From the NCBI GenBank assembly GCA_963743915.1, contig CAVURN010000005.1, positions 224,001 through 288,000 on the forward strand: a DNA stretch of 64,000 bases, in the 5' to 3' direction. The position numbers and the translations under genes are program-made. Below are positions 1 to 9,728 of this stretch, one piece after another; the stretch's first letter is position 1; each line of letters starts with the position of its first letter. Source of the DNA: an uncultured Actinomycetota bacterium. Lineage in GTDB: Bacteria; Actinomycetota; Actinomycetes; JAHEKZ01. The notes under the pieces are model-generated. The model saw nothing but the letters and a program-made list of their open reading frames with translations. It was not told where the DNA came from and ran no database searches.

Positions 1-13
1 CCACCGTCGGCAT
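1..13 (-). CDS. 5' end of a gene running off the window (MPTV...), possibly a response regulator or CheB-type gene of the chemosensory cluster
   Basis: ATG at 13 preceded by GAGAGAGG RBS and a sigma-28-like promoter; only 4 codons visible, so the product is a guess from context. Confidence 0.3.
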
Positions 14-42
14 CAGGCGTCCTCTCTCTTCACTCCCCGAGG

Positions 43-71
43 ACTTCGGCGGAAATCGCTCGTGACTTAAC
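43..71 (-). promoter_or_regulatory. sigma-28 (FliA/WhiG)-like promoter
   Basis: minus strand GTTAAG-N15-GCCGAAGT, between the cheA stop and the next ATG. Confidence 0.65.
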
Positions 72-94
72 GGCCGGTCGCCGTCGGGAAGGCC

Positions 95-2305
95 TCAGCG
101 GCCCACCAGTCGACGGACGGTGTCCACCAGCTGGTTCTGGTCGAACTCGCTCTTGAGCAGGTAGGCGTTCGCGCCGGCGTCCAGACCGGCCCGCTTGTCC
201 GCCTCGTCCCCCCGGGAGGTCATGATCACCACGGGTACGGACTCCCATCCGCGCGTCCGACGGATCGTCCGGGTCAGGGTGAAGCCGTCCATGCCGGGCA
301 TCTCGACGTCGGAGAGCACGAGGTCGACGGGATCCCCACCCAGGCGGGCGGCGCCGTCGGCTCCGTCCACTGCCGTCACGACGTCGTAGCCGGCACCTTC
401 GAGGATCACCCGCTGGAGCTCACGCACGCCGATCGAGTCCTCGACCACCAGCACCCTTGCGCGTCCACCGCCTCGAGAGCCGGCGGCGGCCGGCGACGCC
501 GGGGCATCGGTTGCACTCTCGACCGGACGCGCCACCGGGGCATCGAGCGCCACGCCGCGCGCGTACTGCTCGATGGCCAGCTCGCGGACGTCGAGCAGCA
601 GCATGACACTGCCGTCGCTGTCGATGGTGCCCCCGCCGATGAAGGGAGGGCGTCCCAGGAAGCCGCCGAGGTCCTTGACCACGACCTCGAGCTCACCCTC
701 CAGGGCGTCGACGGCCCAGGCCAGCTGCTCGGAGGCGTTGCCGTAGCGGACGACGACGCCCACCTTCGTCTCCCGCTCGCTGTGCGCGCCGAGGGCCCGG
801 CCCAGGTCGGCCAACGGGATCGTCGATCCGTGCCGCACGAGGACCGGCGCGCCCGCGACGGTCGATGTCTCGACGTCGCCCAGGCTGATCGTCTCCACGA
901 CGTTCGTCACGGGGACGGCGTAGCGCTCCTCGCCGAGCCGTGCCACCAGGCACCGCATGACGCCAAGCGTCACCGGGAGGGTCATCACGAAGGTGGTGCC
1001 GACGCCGAACTCGCTCTCGATCTCCACCGTTCCGCCGAGGTCCTCGACCGCCGTGCGGACCACGTCGAGTCCCACGCCCCGTCCGGAGGTGGACGTGACC
1101 TCGTCGCGGGTGCTGAAGCCGGGCTGGAAGAGCACCGAGAAGAGCTGCTGTCCCGTCACCTGGCTGTCCGCGGGAAGCAGCCCACGGTCGATCGCGGAGA
1201 TCCGGAGCGCCTCCTGGTCGATGCCGTGGCCGTCGTCGGCCACCTCGATCACGATCGTCGAGCCGGCAGCTCGGGCCGAGACGGTGACGGTGGCCTGAGG
1301 CGGCTTGCCGGCAGCAGCGCGCACGTCGGGTGCGTCGCAGCCGTGGTCGACCGCATTCGTCACCAGGTGACGAAGGGCGTCCGCCACGCCGTCGAGCACG
1401 CGGGTGTCGAGCTCGACGTCCTCACCGACCAGCCGAAGCCGCACGTCCTTGCCAGTCTCGGTCGCCACCTCACGCACCAGCTGCGGGAACGCGGCCACCA
1501 CCCGACGGACCGGAACCATGGCCAGACCCATGGCGCCGTCGCGCACCTGGGCGAGACGGTTCTGCGCGTCCTCCATCGAGCCGCGCATGTCGCGCACAGC
1601 TGCCTGGAACTGGTCCCCGAGAGCCACCAGGGCGTGGATGTTCTCCGACACCTCTGGCGGAAGGGTGACATCGGTGGCCGTGGCCTGACGCAGCAGTCGC
1701 ACGACGCGGAGGTGCTCGGCCGACATCGCCGTCAGCTCCAGCACTCCACGTTCGACCCGTCGGGTCTCGAGCTCGGCCTCACCGACCACGTCCAGCAGGG
1801 CATGGACCCGGCGGACCGGGACCCGGACCGACTCACCCATCTTCGGCCGGTTGTCGACGGTGTCCGTCTCGGTGTCGTCCTCGACGACCGCAGCCCGCGG
1901 CACCTCGACCGGGTTCTCCCCGTCGAGAGCGCTCCCCAACGCGGACACGAGAGCCGCCAGGTCATCGTCGGCGATCGGACGCTCGGAGCCCGGGAGGCCG
2001 CGGCGGATGCCTTCGGCAGCCGCGAGCAGCAGGTCGACCAGGTCGCGTCGAGGGTCGAACCGGCCGTCCCGCACCGCGCCGAGGAGGTCCTCGGAGAGGT
2101 GGGCGACCTCGACGACACCCTCGAGACCGAGCATGCGTGCCGAACCCTTGACGGTGTGGGCGTCGCGGAAGAGAGCCGCGACCAGCTGCCGCGGCTGCGG
2201 GTGGCCCTCGAGCTTGAGAAGCCCGTCGCAGAGCGAAGCCAGACGGTCCTCGACTTCCTGCCGGAACGTCGCCACCAGCTCCGGGTCGTTGGCCCAGCTG
2301 CTCAT
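95..2305 (-). CDS. cheA: CheA-type histidine kinase with C-terminal receiver domain (Hpt-dimerisation-HATPase-CheW-REC; WspE/FrzE-like hybrid)
   Basis: Hpt [12 protein letters not shown]; [11 protein letters not shown]-box; DDGHG and [11 protein letters not shown]-boxes; CheW-like domain; [22 protein letters not shown] at 2305 overlaps (ATGA) the repaired stop of the upstream MCP. Confidence 0.92.
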   Translation of the reverse strand: MSSWANDPELVATFRQEVEDRLASLCDGLLKLEGHPQPRQLVAALFRDAHTVKGSARMLGLEGVVEVAHLSEDLLGAVRDGRFDPRRDLVDLLLAAAEGIRRGLPGSERPIADDDLAALVSALGSALDGENPVEVPRAAVVEDDTETDTVDNRPKMGESVRVPVRRVHALLDVVGEAELETRRVERGVLELTAMSAEHLRVVRLLRQATATDVTLPPEVSENIHALVALGDQFQAAVRDMRGSMEDAQNRLAQVRDGAMGLAMVPVRRVVAAFPQLVREVATETGKDVRLRLVGEDVELDTRVLDGVADALRHLVTNAVDHGCDAPDVRAAAGKPPQATVTVSARAAGSTIVIEVADDGHGIDQEALRISAIDRGLLPADSQVTGQQLFSVLFQPGFSTRDEVTSTSGRGVGLDVVRTAVEDLGGTVEIESEFGVGTTFVMTLPVTLGVMRCLVARLGEERYAVPVTNVVETISLGDVETSTVAGAPVLVRHGSTIPLADLGRALGAHSERETKVGVVVRYGNASEQLAWAVDALEGELEVVVKDLGGFLGRPPFIGGGTIDSDGSVMLLLDVRELAIEQYARGVALDAPVARPVESATDAPASPAAAGSRGGGRARVLVVEDSIGVRELQRVILEGAGYDVVTAVDGADGAARLGGDPVDLVLSDVEMPGMDGFTLTRTIRRTRGWESVPVVIMTSRGDEADKRAGLDAGANAYLLKSEFDQNQLVDTVRRLVGR

Positions 2306-4042
2306 GCGTCCACCTGCTCTCGATTGTCGTCGGTGGTTTTGAATTGGGCGATGGAGGAGCGACAGGTCGGCGGCGAGGGTGTTCAGCTCGGTCGCGGCGG
2401 CGGCGGCCTGCTTGGAGCCGACCGCGTACTGCCGGGACACATCAGCGACCTGACCCATCGCCGAGACCACCTGCTCCGACGCCGACCTTTGCTGCTGGGT
2501 CGCAATGGAAATCTCCTTGGCCGCAGTGGTCGTCTCATCGACCATCCCAGAGATCTTCTCCAACGCCCCCACCACATCCCGCGCCAACGCCGACCCCGCA
2601 TGCACCTGCCGCGACCCCTCCTCAGAGGCCACGATCGTCGCGTTCGTCTCCGCCTGGATCTGCGTCACGATCGACTGGATCTGCCCCGCCGACTCCTGCG
2701 ACCGCTCCGCCAACTTCCGGATCTCCGCCGCCACCACCGCAAACCCCCGACCATGCTCCCCCGCCCGAGCCGCCTCGATCGCCGCATTCAACGCCAACAA
2801 ATTCGTCTGATCAGCCAACTCATCAATCACCTGCAAAATCCGGCCGATCTCCTGACCCTTCTCCCCCAACCCCAACGCCCGCGACGCAATCACATCCACC
2901 CGAGCCGCGATCTGATCCATCGACTCCACCGACGCCGACACCGCCACCTGACCCTGCTCAGCAAACCCCAACGTCTCCGACGCGAACGCCGCCACCTGCT
3001 CCGCCGTCTCCGCGATCTGCGCCGCCGTCGCCGCCAACTCCTCAATCGTCGCGCTCGTCTCCGCCACCGCCGAGGACTGCTGCGACGCAGCAGCCGCCTG
3101 CTCCCGAGCCGCCACCAACACCTGAGACGCCGCCGCCCCAATCCGCTCCCCACCCGACCGCACCCCAGCCACCAACCCCCGCAACGACCCCAACGTGTGA
3201 TCCAGGGAGCCGGAGAGGGCGAGGATGTATTGGCTGCGCTCGAAGCCGAAGTCTGTTCCCTCGTCGAGGTCGGAGACCTCGACCCGCGCGGTGAGGTCAC
3301 CCTGGGAGGCCGCCTCGAGTGCGACAGACAGCTGGCGCACCTGGTCGACGAGGAGGGCCTGGTCCCAGCCGGTTCCCTCGGCCGTGTCGTAGAGGGTGCG
3401 GCTGACTCCACGGACGATCAGGAAGGCGGCGGGCAGACCGATGCTGAGGGCCACTACAAGGGTGAAGGTCTGCGACCCAGGTGCGGGGAGCCCTCCGACG
3501 GCGATCCACTGGCTGACCGCTGGCAACAGGGCGAGCAGTGCCGCCATCGCCCAGCCCGACGCGTAGACCAGGACCGTGCCGAGGTAGGCCGAGCCGACCA
3601 CGACAGGCAGCCACTCCGCGCTGGTCACGCCCCCCGTCCAGATAGTGGCAAGCGCCACCACGACAACCTGCGCCATGCCCAGCAGGCCGTCCCACCGGTC
3701 CGTTCGGGCGTAGGTGTGGTGCTCCCGGTAGGCGCGGACCGCCAGCAACGACGCGGCAACGGCGATCACCGCTCCGACCGTCCACACCAACCACAGCTGG
3801 GCCTGGATCGGCTCCTTCTCCGCGACGTGCCACAGGAAGCCGATGAGGACGCTGAACGAGACCAGACCCGTGTGCAGAGAGATCGTCTCGCCGACGTTGC
3901 GGCGACTGAAGCTGAGGGAGGCGCCCCCCGCCTTGGTCCGGTCGATCGCGTCCAGGACAGTGCTGACCGACGACTCACTAGACGGCCGTCCGGACGAGAC
4001 TGCACCCGGCGACGGGTCGAGCGGCGCGCTCGTCGTGCTCAC
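2302..4042 (-). CDS. methyl-accepting chemotaxis protein A (multi-TM sensor plus signalling domain); one extra base at ~2359 fuses it to cheA in the given sequence
   Basis: GTG at 4042 with AGGAGGAG RBS; hairpin-tip motif [40 protein letters not shown]; removing the extra base gives ...[19 protein letters not shown] ending at 2302. Confidence 0.88.
2328..3206. repeat. near-identical MCP signalling-domain repeat, copy A (GRINS-like skewed DNA)
   Basis: same sequence recurs at 4685, 6343, 8025 and 9759; + strand is strongly C/A-rich. Confidence 0.95.
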
Positions 4043-4116
4043 TGCTCCTCCTCGAGGCGTGCTGGGCCGCACTGGCTCAGCCCAGGCAGGGACGAGCCAC
4101 ACGGGTTCCTGATGTC

Positions 4117-4159
4117 AGATCGGCCCGAACCAGGCCCGGCTGTAGCCCGTTCGGGGGAC
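4117..4159 (-). promoter_or_regulatory. sigma-28-like promoter for mcpA-cheA with an upstream 20-bp operator-like box
   Basis: CTACAG-N15-GCCGATCT; 4140-4159 is identical to 9657-9676 (ctgtagcccgttcgggggac). Confidence 0.65.
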
Positions 4160-4205
4160 AACGGAAAGCGCCAGCGGGTGCCGGATCTGGCCTTACACTG
4201 GCCGC

Positions 4206-4643
4206 ATGGCGAGGACCCGCTACCCGCTCCTGGTTGCGGGCGCGGGCATGGCGCTGCTCTCGGCATGTCAATCCTCAGGCATCAACGATCAGGACGCTTT
4301 CCTTGCCGAGGTACAGCTCTGCCCGGCCACCGGACGACTCCCCCAGAACCGCACACCCACCTGTGAAGTGCCACCAGAAGGTTTGATCTCCCTTGGCCTT
4401 GACGCCTGCAGCTGGCTTCACGGCCAGCCATTGGCCCGTCTCAAGCCAGCGTCCCAGCCTTACTGGAAGGACCCCCACGACGTGCATAACGTGGCCAGCC
4501 AGTTTGCACGGCAAGAACGCACCACGGCGGCCGTGCCACTGCAGGACGCCGAACAGTCGAATGTCGCGTACTTCGCCTGGCGCCATCTGTGCCGGGACCT
4601 GGAGACCCGGTACAACTTCAACGTGCACGAATACTCCGACTGA
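4206..4643 (+). CDS. small putative lipoprotein (DUF732-like)
   Basis: lipobox LSAC; DAFLAEV...SLGLDACSWL pattern; TACACT -10 box 6 nt before ATG (leaderless). Confidence 0.6.
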   Translation: MARTRYPLLVAGAGMALLSACQSSGINDQDAFLAEVQLCPATGRLPQNRTPTCEVPPEGLISLGLDACSWLHGQPLARLKPASQPYWKDPHDVHNVASQFARQERTTAAVPLQDAEQSNVAYFAWRHLCRDLETRYNFNVHEYSD

Positions 4644-4684
4644 CCATCCCACGCGGCCCGGCGGAGTGGTGCGGGCGACGGATC

Positions 4685-5548
4685 TGGCTCAGGCGTCGGT
4701 GGTTTTGAATTGGGCGATGGAGGAGGACAGGTCGGCGGCGAGGGTGTTCAGCTCGGTCGCGGCGGCGGCGGCCTGCTTGGAGCCGACCGCGTACTGCCGG
4801 GACACATCAGCGACCTGACCCATCGCCGAGACCACCTGCTCCGACGCCGACCTTTGCTGCTGGGTCGCAATGGAAATCTCTTTGGCCGCAGTGGTCGTCT
4901 CATCGACCATCCCAGAGATCTTCTCCAACGCCCCCACCACATCCCGCGCCAACGCCGACCCCGCATGCACCTGCCGCGACCCCTCCTCAGAGGCCACGAT
5001 CGTCGCGTTCGTCTCCGCCTGGATCTGCGTCACGATCGACTGGATCTGCCCCGCCGACTCCTGCGACCGCTCCGCCAACTTCCGGATCTCCGCCGCCACC
5101 ACCGCAAACCCCCGACCATGCTCCCCCGCCCGAGCCGCCTCGATCGCCGCATTCAACGCCAACAAATTCGTCTGATCAGCCAACTCATCAATCACCTGCA
5201 AAATCCGGCCGATCTCCTGACCCTTCTCCCCCAACCCCAACGCCCGCGACGCAATCACATCCACCCGAGCCGCGATCTGATCCATCGACTCCACCGACGC
5301 CGACACCGCCACCTGACCCTGCTCAGCAAACCCCAACGTCTCCGACGCGAACGCCGCCACCTGCTCCGCCGTCTCCGCGATCTGCGCCGCCGTCGCCGCC
5401 AACTCCTCAATCGTCGCGCTCGTCTCCGCCACCGCCGAGGACTGCTGCGACGCAGCAGCCGCCTGCTCCCGAGCCGCCACCAACACCTGAGACGCCGCCG
5501 CCCCAATCCGCTCCCCACCCGACCGCACCCCAGCCACCAACCCCCGCA
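4685..5548. repeat. MCP signalling-domain repeat, copy B
   Basis: near-identical to the other four copies. Confidence 0.95.
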
Positions 5549-6248
5549 GGTGGCCGAGCGTTTCGTCGAGGGACCCACTCAGCTCCTGCACGAAGACGGG
5601 CGCGTCGGCATCCACCGTTCCCAGGGTCACCACGAGGTTTCCGCGGGAGACATCGGCCAAAGCTGACGAGAGCTCCTCCACCTTGGCGTTCACCACGTCA
5701 CGCTCGGCATTGGCCTCGTACCGAAGGTCGTACAGGTACGACGCTGACTGCTCCATGAACCACGTGCTGAGGGCCAGTCCCAGGGCCACCATCACCCCGA
5801 CCGGGATCGTCGTGGGCCCCCAGGTGTCGGTCACGAAGCCCGTCGACAGGAAGGCGAGCGCGAGTCCGACACTCATGAACCGCAGAGTCTTGGGCACGAA
5901 GGTGACGCCGAGAAAGGGGATGACCACGAAGTAGGGAACCCAGGCCACCCCAGCCGGCCCACCGGTCGTGGCCGTCAGCGCGGTGATCGCTCCGAGCTGG
6001 AGCCAGACGGTCGGCTGGTCCCAGATTCCGGTGGTCTCGATCGGCAGCTGCCGGAGCCAGGCACGCGCCGCGAAGGTGGAGGCGACGGCGCCGGTGACAC
6101 AGGAGAACACCCAGAGGGCAGCGAGAACCGGCCAGGCGGCGGCCTCAACGTCCAGGTACCGCACCGTGAGCAGCGCAGCCAGGCCCAGCAGCAGGACCAC
6201 GCCCACATGCAGGCACAAGGTCGACAGGAAGTCGCGGCGGGTGAACAC
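4689..6248 (-). CDS. methyl-accepting chemotaxis protein B
   Basis: intact 519-aa ORF; GAGGAG RBS; ~6 hydrophobic segments plus MCP signalling motif. Confidence 0.92.
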   Translation of the reverse strand: MFTRRDFLSTLCLHVGVVLLLGLAALLTVRYLDVEAAAWPVLAALWVFSCVTGAVASTFAARAWLRQLPIETTGIWDQPTVWLQLGAITALTATTGGPAGVAWVPYFVVIPFLGVTFVPKTLRFMSVGLALAFLSTGFVTDTWGPTTIPVGVMVALGLALSTWFMEQSASYLYDLRYEANAERDVVNAKVEELSSALADVSRGNLVVTLGTVDADAPVFVQELSGSLDETLGHLRGLVAGVRSGGERIGAAASQVLVAAREQAAAASQQSSAVAETSATIEELAATAAQIAETAEQVAAFASETLGFAEQGQVAVSASVESMDQIAARVDVIASRALGLGEKGQEIGRILQVIDELADQTNLLALNAAIEAARAGEHGRGFAVVAAEIRKLAERSQESAGQIQSIVTQIQAETNATIVASEEGSRQVHAGSALARDVVGALEKISGMVDETTTAAKEISIATQQQRSASEQVVSAMGQVADVSRQYAVGSKQAAAAATELNTLAADLSSSIAQFKTTDA

Positions 6249-6299
6249 GGCACTCCTCGAGGTTCTGGGTCCGTGGGGATCTCCCAGTGGCCCAGTGAA

Positions 6300-6328
6300 G
6301 CGTCGACAGTTCGAGGACTGACCTGAAG
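6300..6328 (-). promoter_or_regulatory. sigma-28-like promoter for mcpB
   Basis: CTTCAG-N15-GTCGACGC. Confidence 0.5.
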
Positions 6329-6342
6329 ACCTGCCTCAGTGG

Positions 6343-7226
6343 TGGCTCAGGCGTCGGTGGTTTTGAATTGGGCGATGGAGGAGCGACAGGTCGGCGGCGA
6401 GGGTGTTCAGCTCGGTCGCGGCGGCGGCGGCCTGCTTGGAGCCGACCGCGTACTGCCGGGACACATCAGCGACCTGACCCATCGCCGAGACCACCTGCTC
6501 CGACGCCGACCTTTGCTGCTGGGTCGCAATGGAAATCTCTTTGGCCGCAGTGGTCGTCTCATCGACCATCCCAGAGATCTTCTCCAACGCCCCCACCACA
6601 TCCCGCGCCAACGCCGACCCCGCATGCACCTGCCGCGACCCCTCCTCAGAGGCCACGATCGTCGCGTTCGTCTCCGCCTGGATCTGCGTCACGATCGACT
6701 GGATCTGCCCCGCCGACTCCTGCGACCGCTCCGCCAACTTCCGGATCTCCGCCGCCACCACCGCAAACCCCCGACCATGCTCCCCCGCCCGAGCCGCCTC
6801 GATCGCCGCATTCAACGCCAACAAATTCGTCTGATCAGCCAACTCATCAATCACCTGCAAAATCCGGCCGATCTCCTGACCCTTCTCCCCCAACCCCAAC
6901 GCCCGCGACGCAATCACATCCACCCGAGCCGCGATCTGATCCATCGACTCCACCGACGCCGACACCGCCACCTGACCCTGCTCAGCAAACCCCAACGTCT
7001 CCGACGCGAACGCCGCCACCTGCTCCGCCGTCTCCGCGATCTGCGCCGCCGTCGCCGCCAACTCCTCAATCGTCGCGCTCGTCTCCGCCACCGCCGAGGA
7101 CTGCTGCGACGCAGCAGCCGCCTGCTCCCGAGCCGCCACCAACACCTGAGACGCCGCCGCCCCAATCCGCTCCCCACCCGACCGCACCCCAGCCACCAAC
7201 CCCCGCAACGACCCCAACGTGTGATC
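6343..7226. repeat. MCP signalling-domain repeat, copy C
   Basis: near-identical to the other copies; shares the stop codon and a few downstream bases with copy B. Confidence 0.95.
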
Positions 7227-7967
7227 GAACGACTGGGCGAGTCTCTCCACCGCGACCGCGTCGCCCTCGAGGGTCGAGAGCGCGACGGCGTGTCCCACCT
7301 CGGCGTCCAACCGGCCAGAAGCGGCCCGCTCCATCGCCGAGGACAGCTCCTCGACGCGAGTGTCCAGATGCGCGCGACTGCGGGCCAGGGTGTCGGCCTC
7401 GTCGTACAACGCGCGCGACAGTGTCCGGATCATCAGATAGCTGGTCGGGAGAACGGCACTCAGCGCCGCCGCCAGCAGGATGTCGAACCGGTCCGACGAG
7501 GCGGACATGAGGTACACCGCCCATGGCGACGCCAGCAGCACAAGAGCGACGTACCAGCGGAGCTCATGGACGAGGGCGCTTGCGAGGTAGGTGAGCGCCA
7601 CGAAGGAGAGGATCCACAAGGGGCTCTGGGCGCCGCCCGTCCAGGCCGCGCCCGCAACCACGGCCAGGGTTGCCGCGGCAGCCGTCGGACCGTCCCAGGG
7701 GTCGGTCTGGTCGTAGCCGTAGCCTCGACGCAGTGCCTGCAGGCTCAGCAGCGTGGTCGCCAGGGCCACCAGGATCTGCACACCCATCACGACAGCGATC
7801 TGCGGTGGCACGGTGCTGCCGGTGGCCCACACCCAGCCCCCGGTGAGGACCAGGACCCCGAGCACCAGACCCCAGTGGAGAGTGATGGTCTCGACGGCGT
7901 TGCGGACGGAGAACCGGACGGATACGTCGGGTTCTGTCTCGCGAGCTGCCGCTGGCGACGAGCTCAT
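6347..7967 (-). CDS. methyl-accepting chemotaxis protein C (extra base at ~6384 alters the last residues)
   Basis: ATG overlaps the mcpD stop (ATGA); multi-TM head; MCP motif; repaired end ...FKTTDA* is identical to mcpB. Confidence 0.9.
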
Positions 7968-9598
7968 GGCCCGGCGCCCCCTGACACCCCCGCCGTCTGG
8001 TTCTCAACAGGTACGTCATGCGCCTTGAATTGGGCGATGGAGGAGGACAGGTCGGCGGCGAGGGTGTTCAGCTCGGTCGCGGCGGCGGCGGCCTGCTTGG
8101 AGCCGACCGCGTACTGCCGGGACACATCAGCGACCTGACCCATCGCCGAGACCACCTGCTCCGACGCCGACCTTTGCTGCTGGGTCGCAATGGAAATCTC
8201 CTTGGCCGCAGTGGTCGTCTCATCGACCATCCCAGAGATCTTCTCCAACGCCCCCACCACATCCCGCGCCAACGCCGACCCCGCATGCACCTGCCGCGAC
8301 CCCTCCTCAGAGGCCACGATCGTCGCGTTCGTCTCCGCCTGGATCTGCGTCACGATCGACTGGATCTGCCCCGCCGACTCCTGCGACCGCTCCGCCAACT
8401 TCCGGATCTCCGCCGCCACCACCGCAAACCCCCGACCATGCTCCCCCGCCCGAGCCGCCTCGATCGCCGCATTCAACGCCAACAAATTCGTCTGATCAGC
8501 CAACTCATCAATCACCTGCAAAATCCGGCCGATCTCCTGACCCTTCTCCCCCAACCCCAACGCCCGCGACGCAATCACATCCACCCGAGCCGCGATCTGA
8601 TCCATCGACTCCACCGACGCCGACACCGCCACCTGACCCTGCTCAGCAAACCCCAACGTCTCCGACGCGAACGCCGCCACCTGCTCAGCCGTCTCCGCGA
8701 TCTGCGCCGCCGTCGCCGCCAACTCCTCAATCGTCGCGCTCGTCTCCGCCACCGCCGAGGACTGCTGCGACGCAGCAGCCGCCTGCTCCCGAGCCGCCAC
8801 CAACACCTGAGACGCCGCCGCCCCAATCCGCTCCCCACCCGACCGCACCCCAGCCACCAACCCCCGCAACGACCCCAACGTGTGATCCAGGCGTCCAGCC
8901 AGGGATGCCGTCTGGTCGCCCTGCAGGGGCAGCTGGGCCATGGCCACCTCGAGGTCGCCCGCTGCGACGACGTCGGCAGCCCCCGACAAGGTGGCGACGT
9001 CGGACTCGACCGCCTTCCGCGTCGTGTGTGCCTCGTGCTGGGCGCGCAGCATGCTCATGGTCATCAGGTCGGTGACGGTGGCCAAGATGATGGCGAGCAC
9101 GCACAGCCCCACGCCGCGTGCTGCTCCCTCGCCGGACCAGGTGTCTGTCACGAGACCGACGATGCCGATCGCCCCGGCGATGAAGAAGCCAAGGAACCGG
9201 GCCACGAACCCGGCGAAGACGCCGCTGGCGTAGGTGATCATGACCAGCGACAACACAGGCACCGGAGTTTCCAGCCCGCCCGCGAACGCACCCATCGTCA
9301 AAGACACCCCGAGCGTCACCGCGGTCGTCGGACGGTCCCACCGGTCCGTCTCTTCGAAGGAGTCCCCACGACGGACCGCGCGTGTCGACAGCCAGCACAC
9401 CAGGGCGACGTTGGTGAGCAGGACGGCATACAGGCCGACCAGGGCCGGCACCTGAAGCACGATGTGCGGTTCGAAGACCGCCGTGGCCCAGACCAGGACG
9501 GGCGCCGCCACCAGCACCCCGAGGTGGGACGCGATGGTCTCGGTGCGAGACCGCGCCACATAGGGGATCTCGCTGTAGTCCACGTCGTCGGCGAACAC
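7964..9598 (-). CDS. methyl-accepting chemotaxis protein D
   Basis: intact 544-aa ORF; GGAGGAG RBS; multi-TM head plus MCP motif. Confidence 0.92.
   Translation of the reverse strand: MFADDVDYSEIPYVARSRTETIASHLGVLVAAPVLVWATAVFEPHIVLQVPALVGLYAVLLTNVALVCWLSTRAVRRGDSFEETDRWDRPTTAVTLGVSLTMGAFAGGLETPVPVLSLVMITYASGVFAGFVARFLGFFIAGAIGIVGLVTDTWSGEGAARGVGLCVLAIILATVTDLMTMSMLRAQHEAHTTRKAVESDVATLSGAADVVAAGDLEVAMAQLPLQGDQTASLAGRLDHTLGSLRGLVAGVRSGGERIGAAASQVLVAAREQAAAASQQSSAVAETSATIEELAATAAQIAETAEQVAAFASETLGFAEQGQVAVSASVESMDQIAARVDVIASRALGLGEKGQEIGRILQVIDELADQTNLLALNAAIEAARAGEHGRGFAVVAAEIRKLAERSQESAGQIQSIVTQIQAETNATIVASEEGSRQVHAGSALARDVVGALEKISGMVDETTTAAKEISIATQQQRSASEQVVSAMGQVADVSRQYAVGSKQAAAAATELNTLAADLSSSIAQFKAHDVPVENQTAGVSGGAGP
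8025..8891. repeat. MCP signalling-domain repeat, copy D
   Basis: near-identical to the other copies. Confidence 0.95.
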
Positions 9599-9633
9599 CG
9601 GCGCTCCTCCATCTTGATCGGGTGATCAGTACC

Positions 9634-9676
9634 TCTTCGACCAGCCCTGAAGGTGCCTGTAGCCCGTTCGGGGGAC
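9634..9676 (-). promoter_or_regulatory. sigma-28-like promoter for mcpD-mcpC with the upstream 20-bp box
   Basis: CTACAG-N15-GTCGAAGA; 20-bp box identical to 4140-4159. Confidence 0.6.
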
Positions 9677-9728
9677 TGCCCACGATCTGTCACATCGCGA
9701 TCCGGGTCTTCTCCGGCACCGCTCGCGC

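Noticed and set aside
95-4102. 1335-aa natural MCP-CheA fusion protein
   Set aside because: It depends on one extra base absent from copies B and D. Removing it restores a stop overlapping the cheA ATG, so it is treated as a probable artefact and kept only as a low-rank finding.
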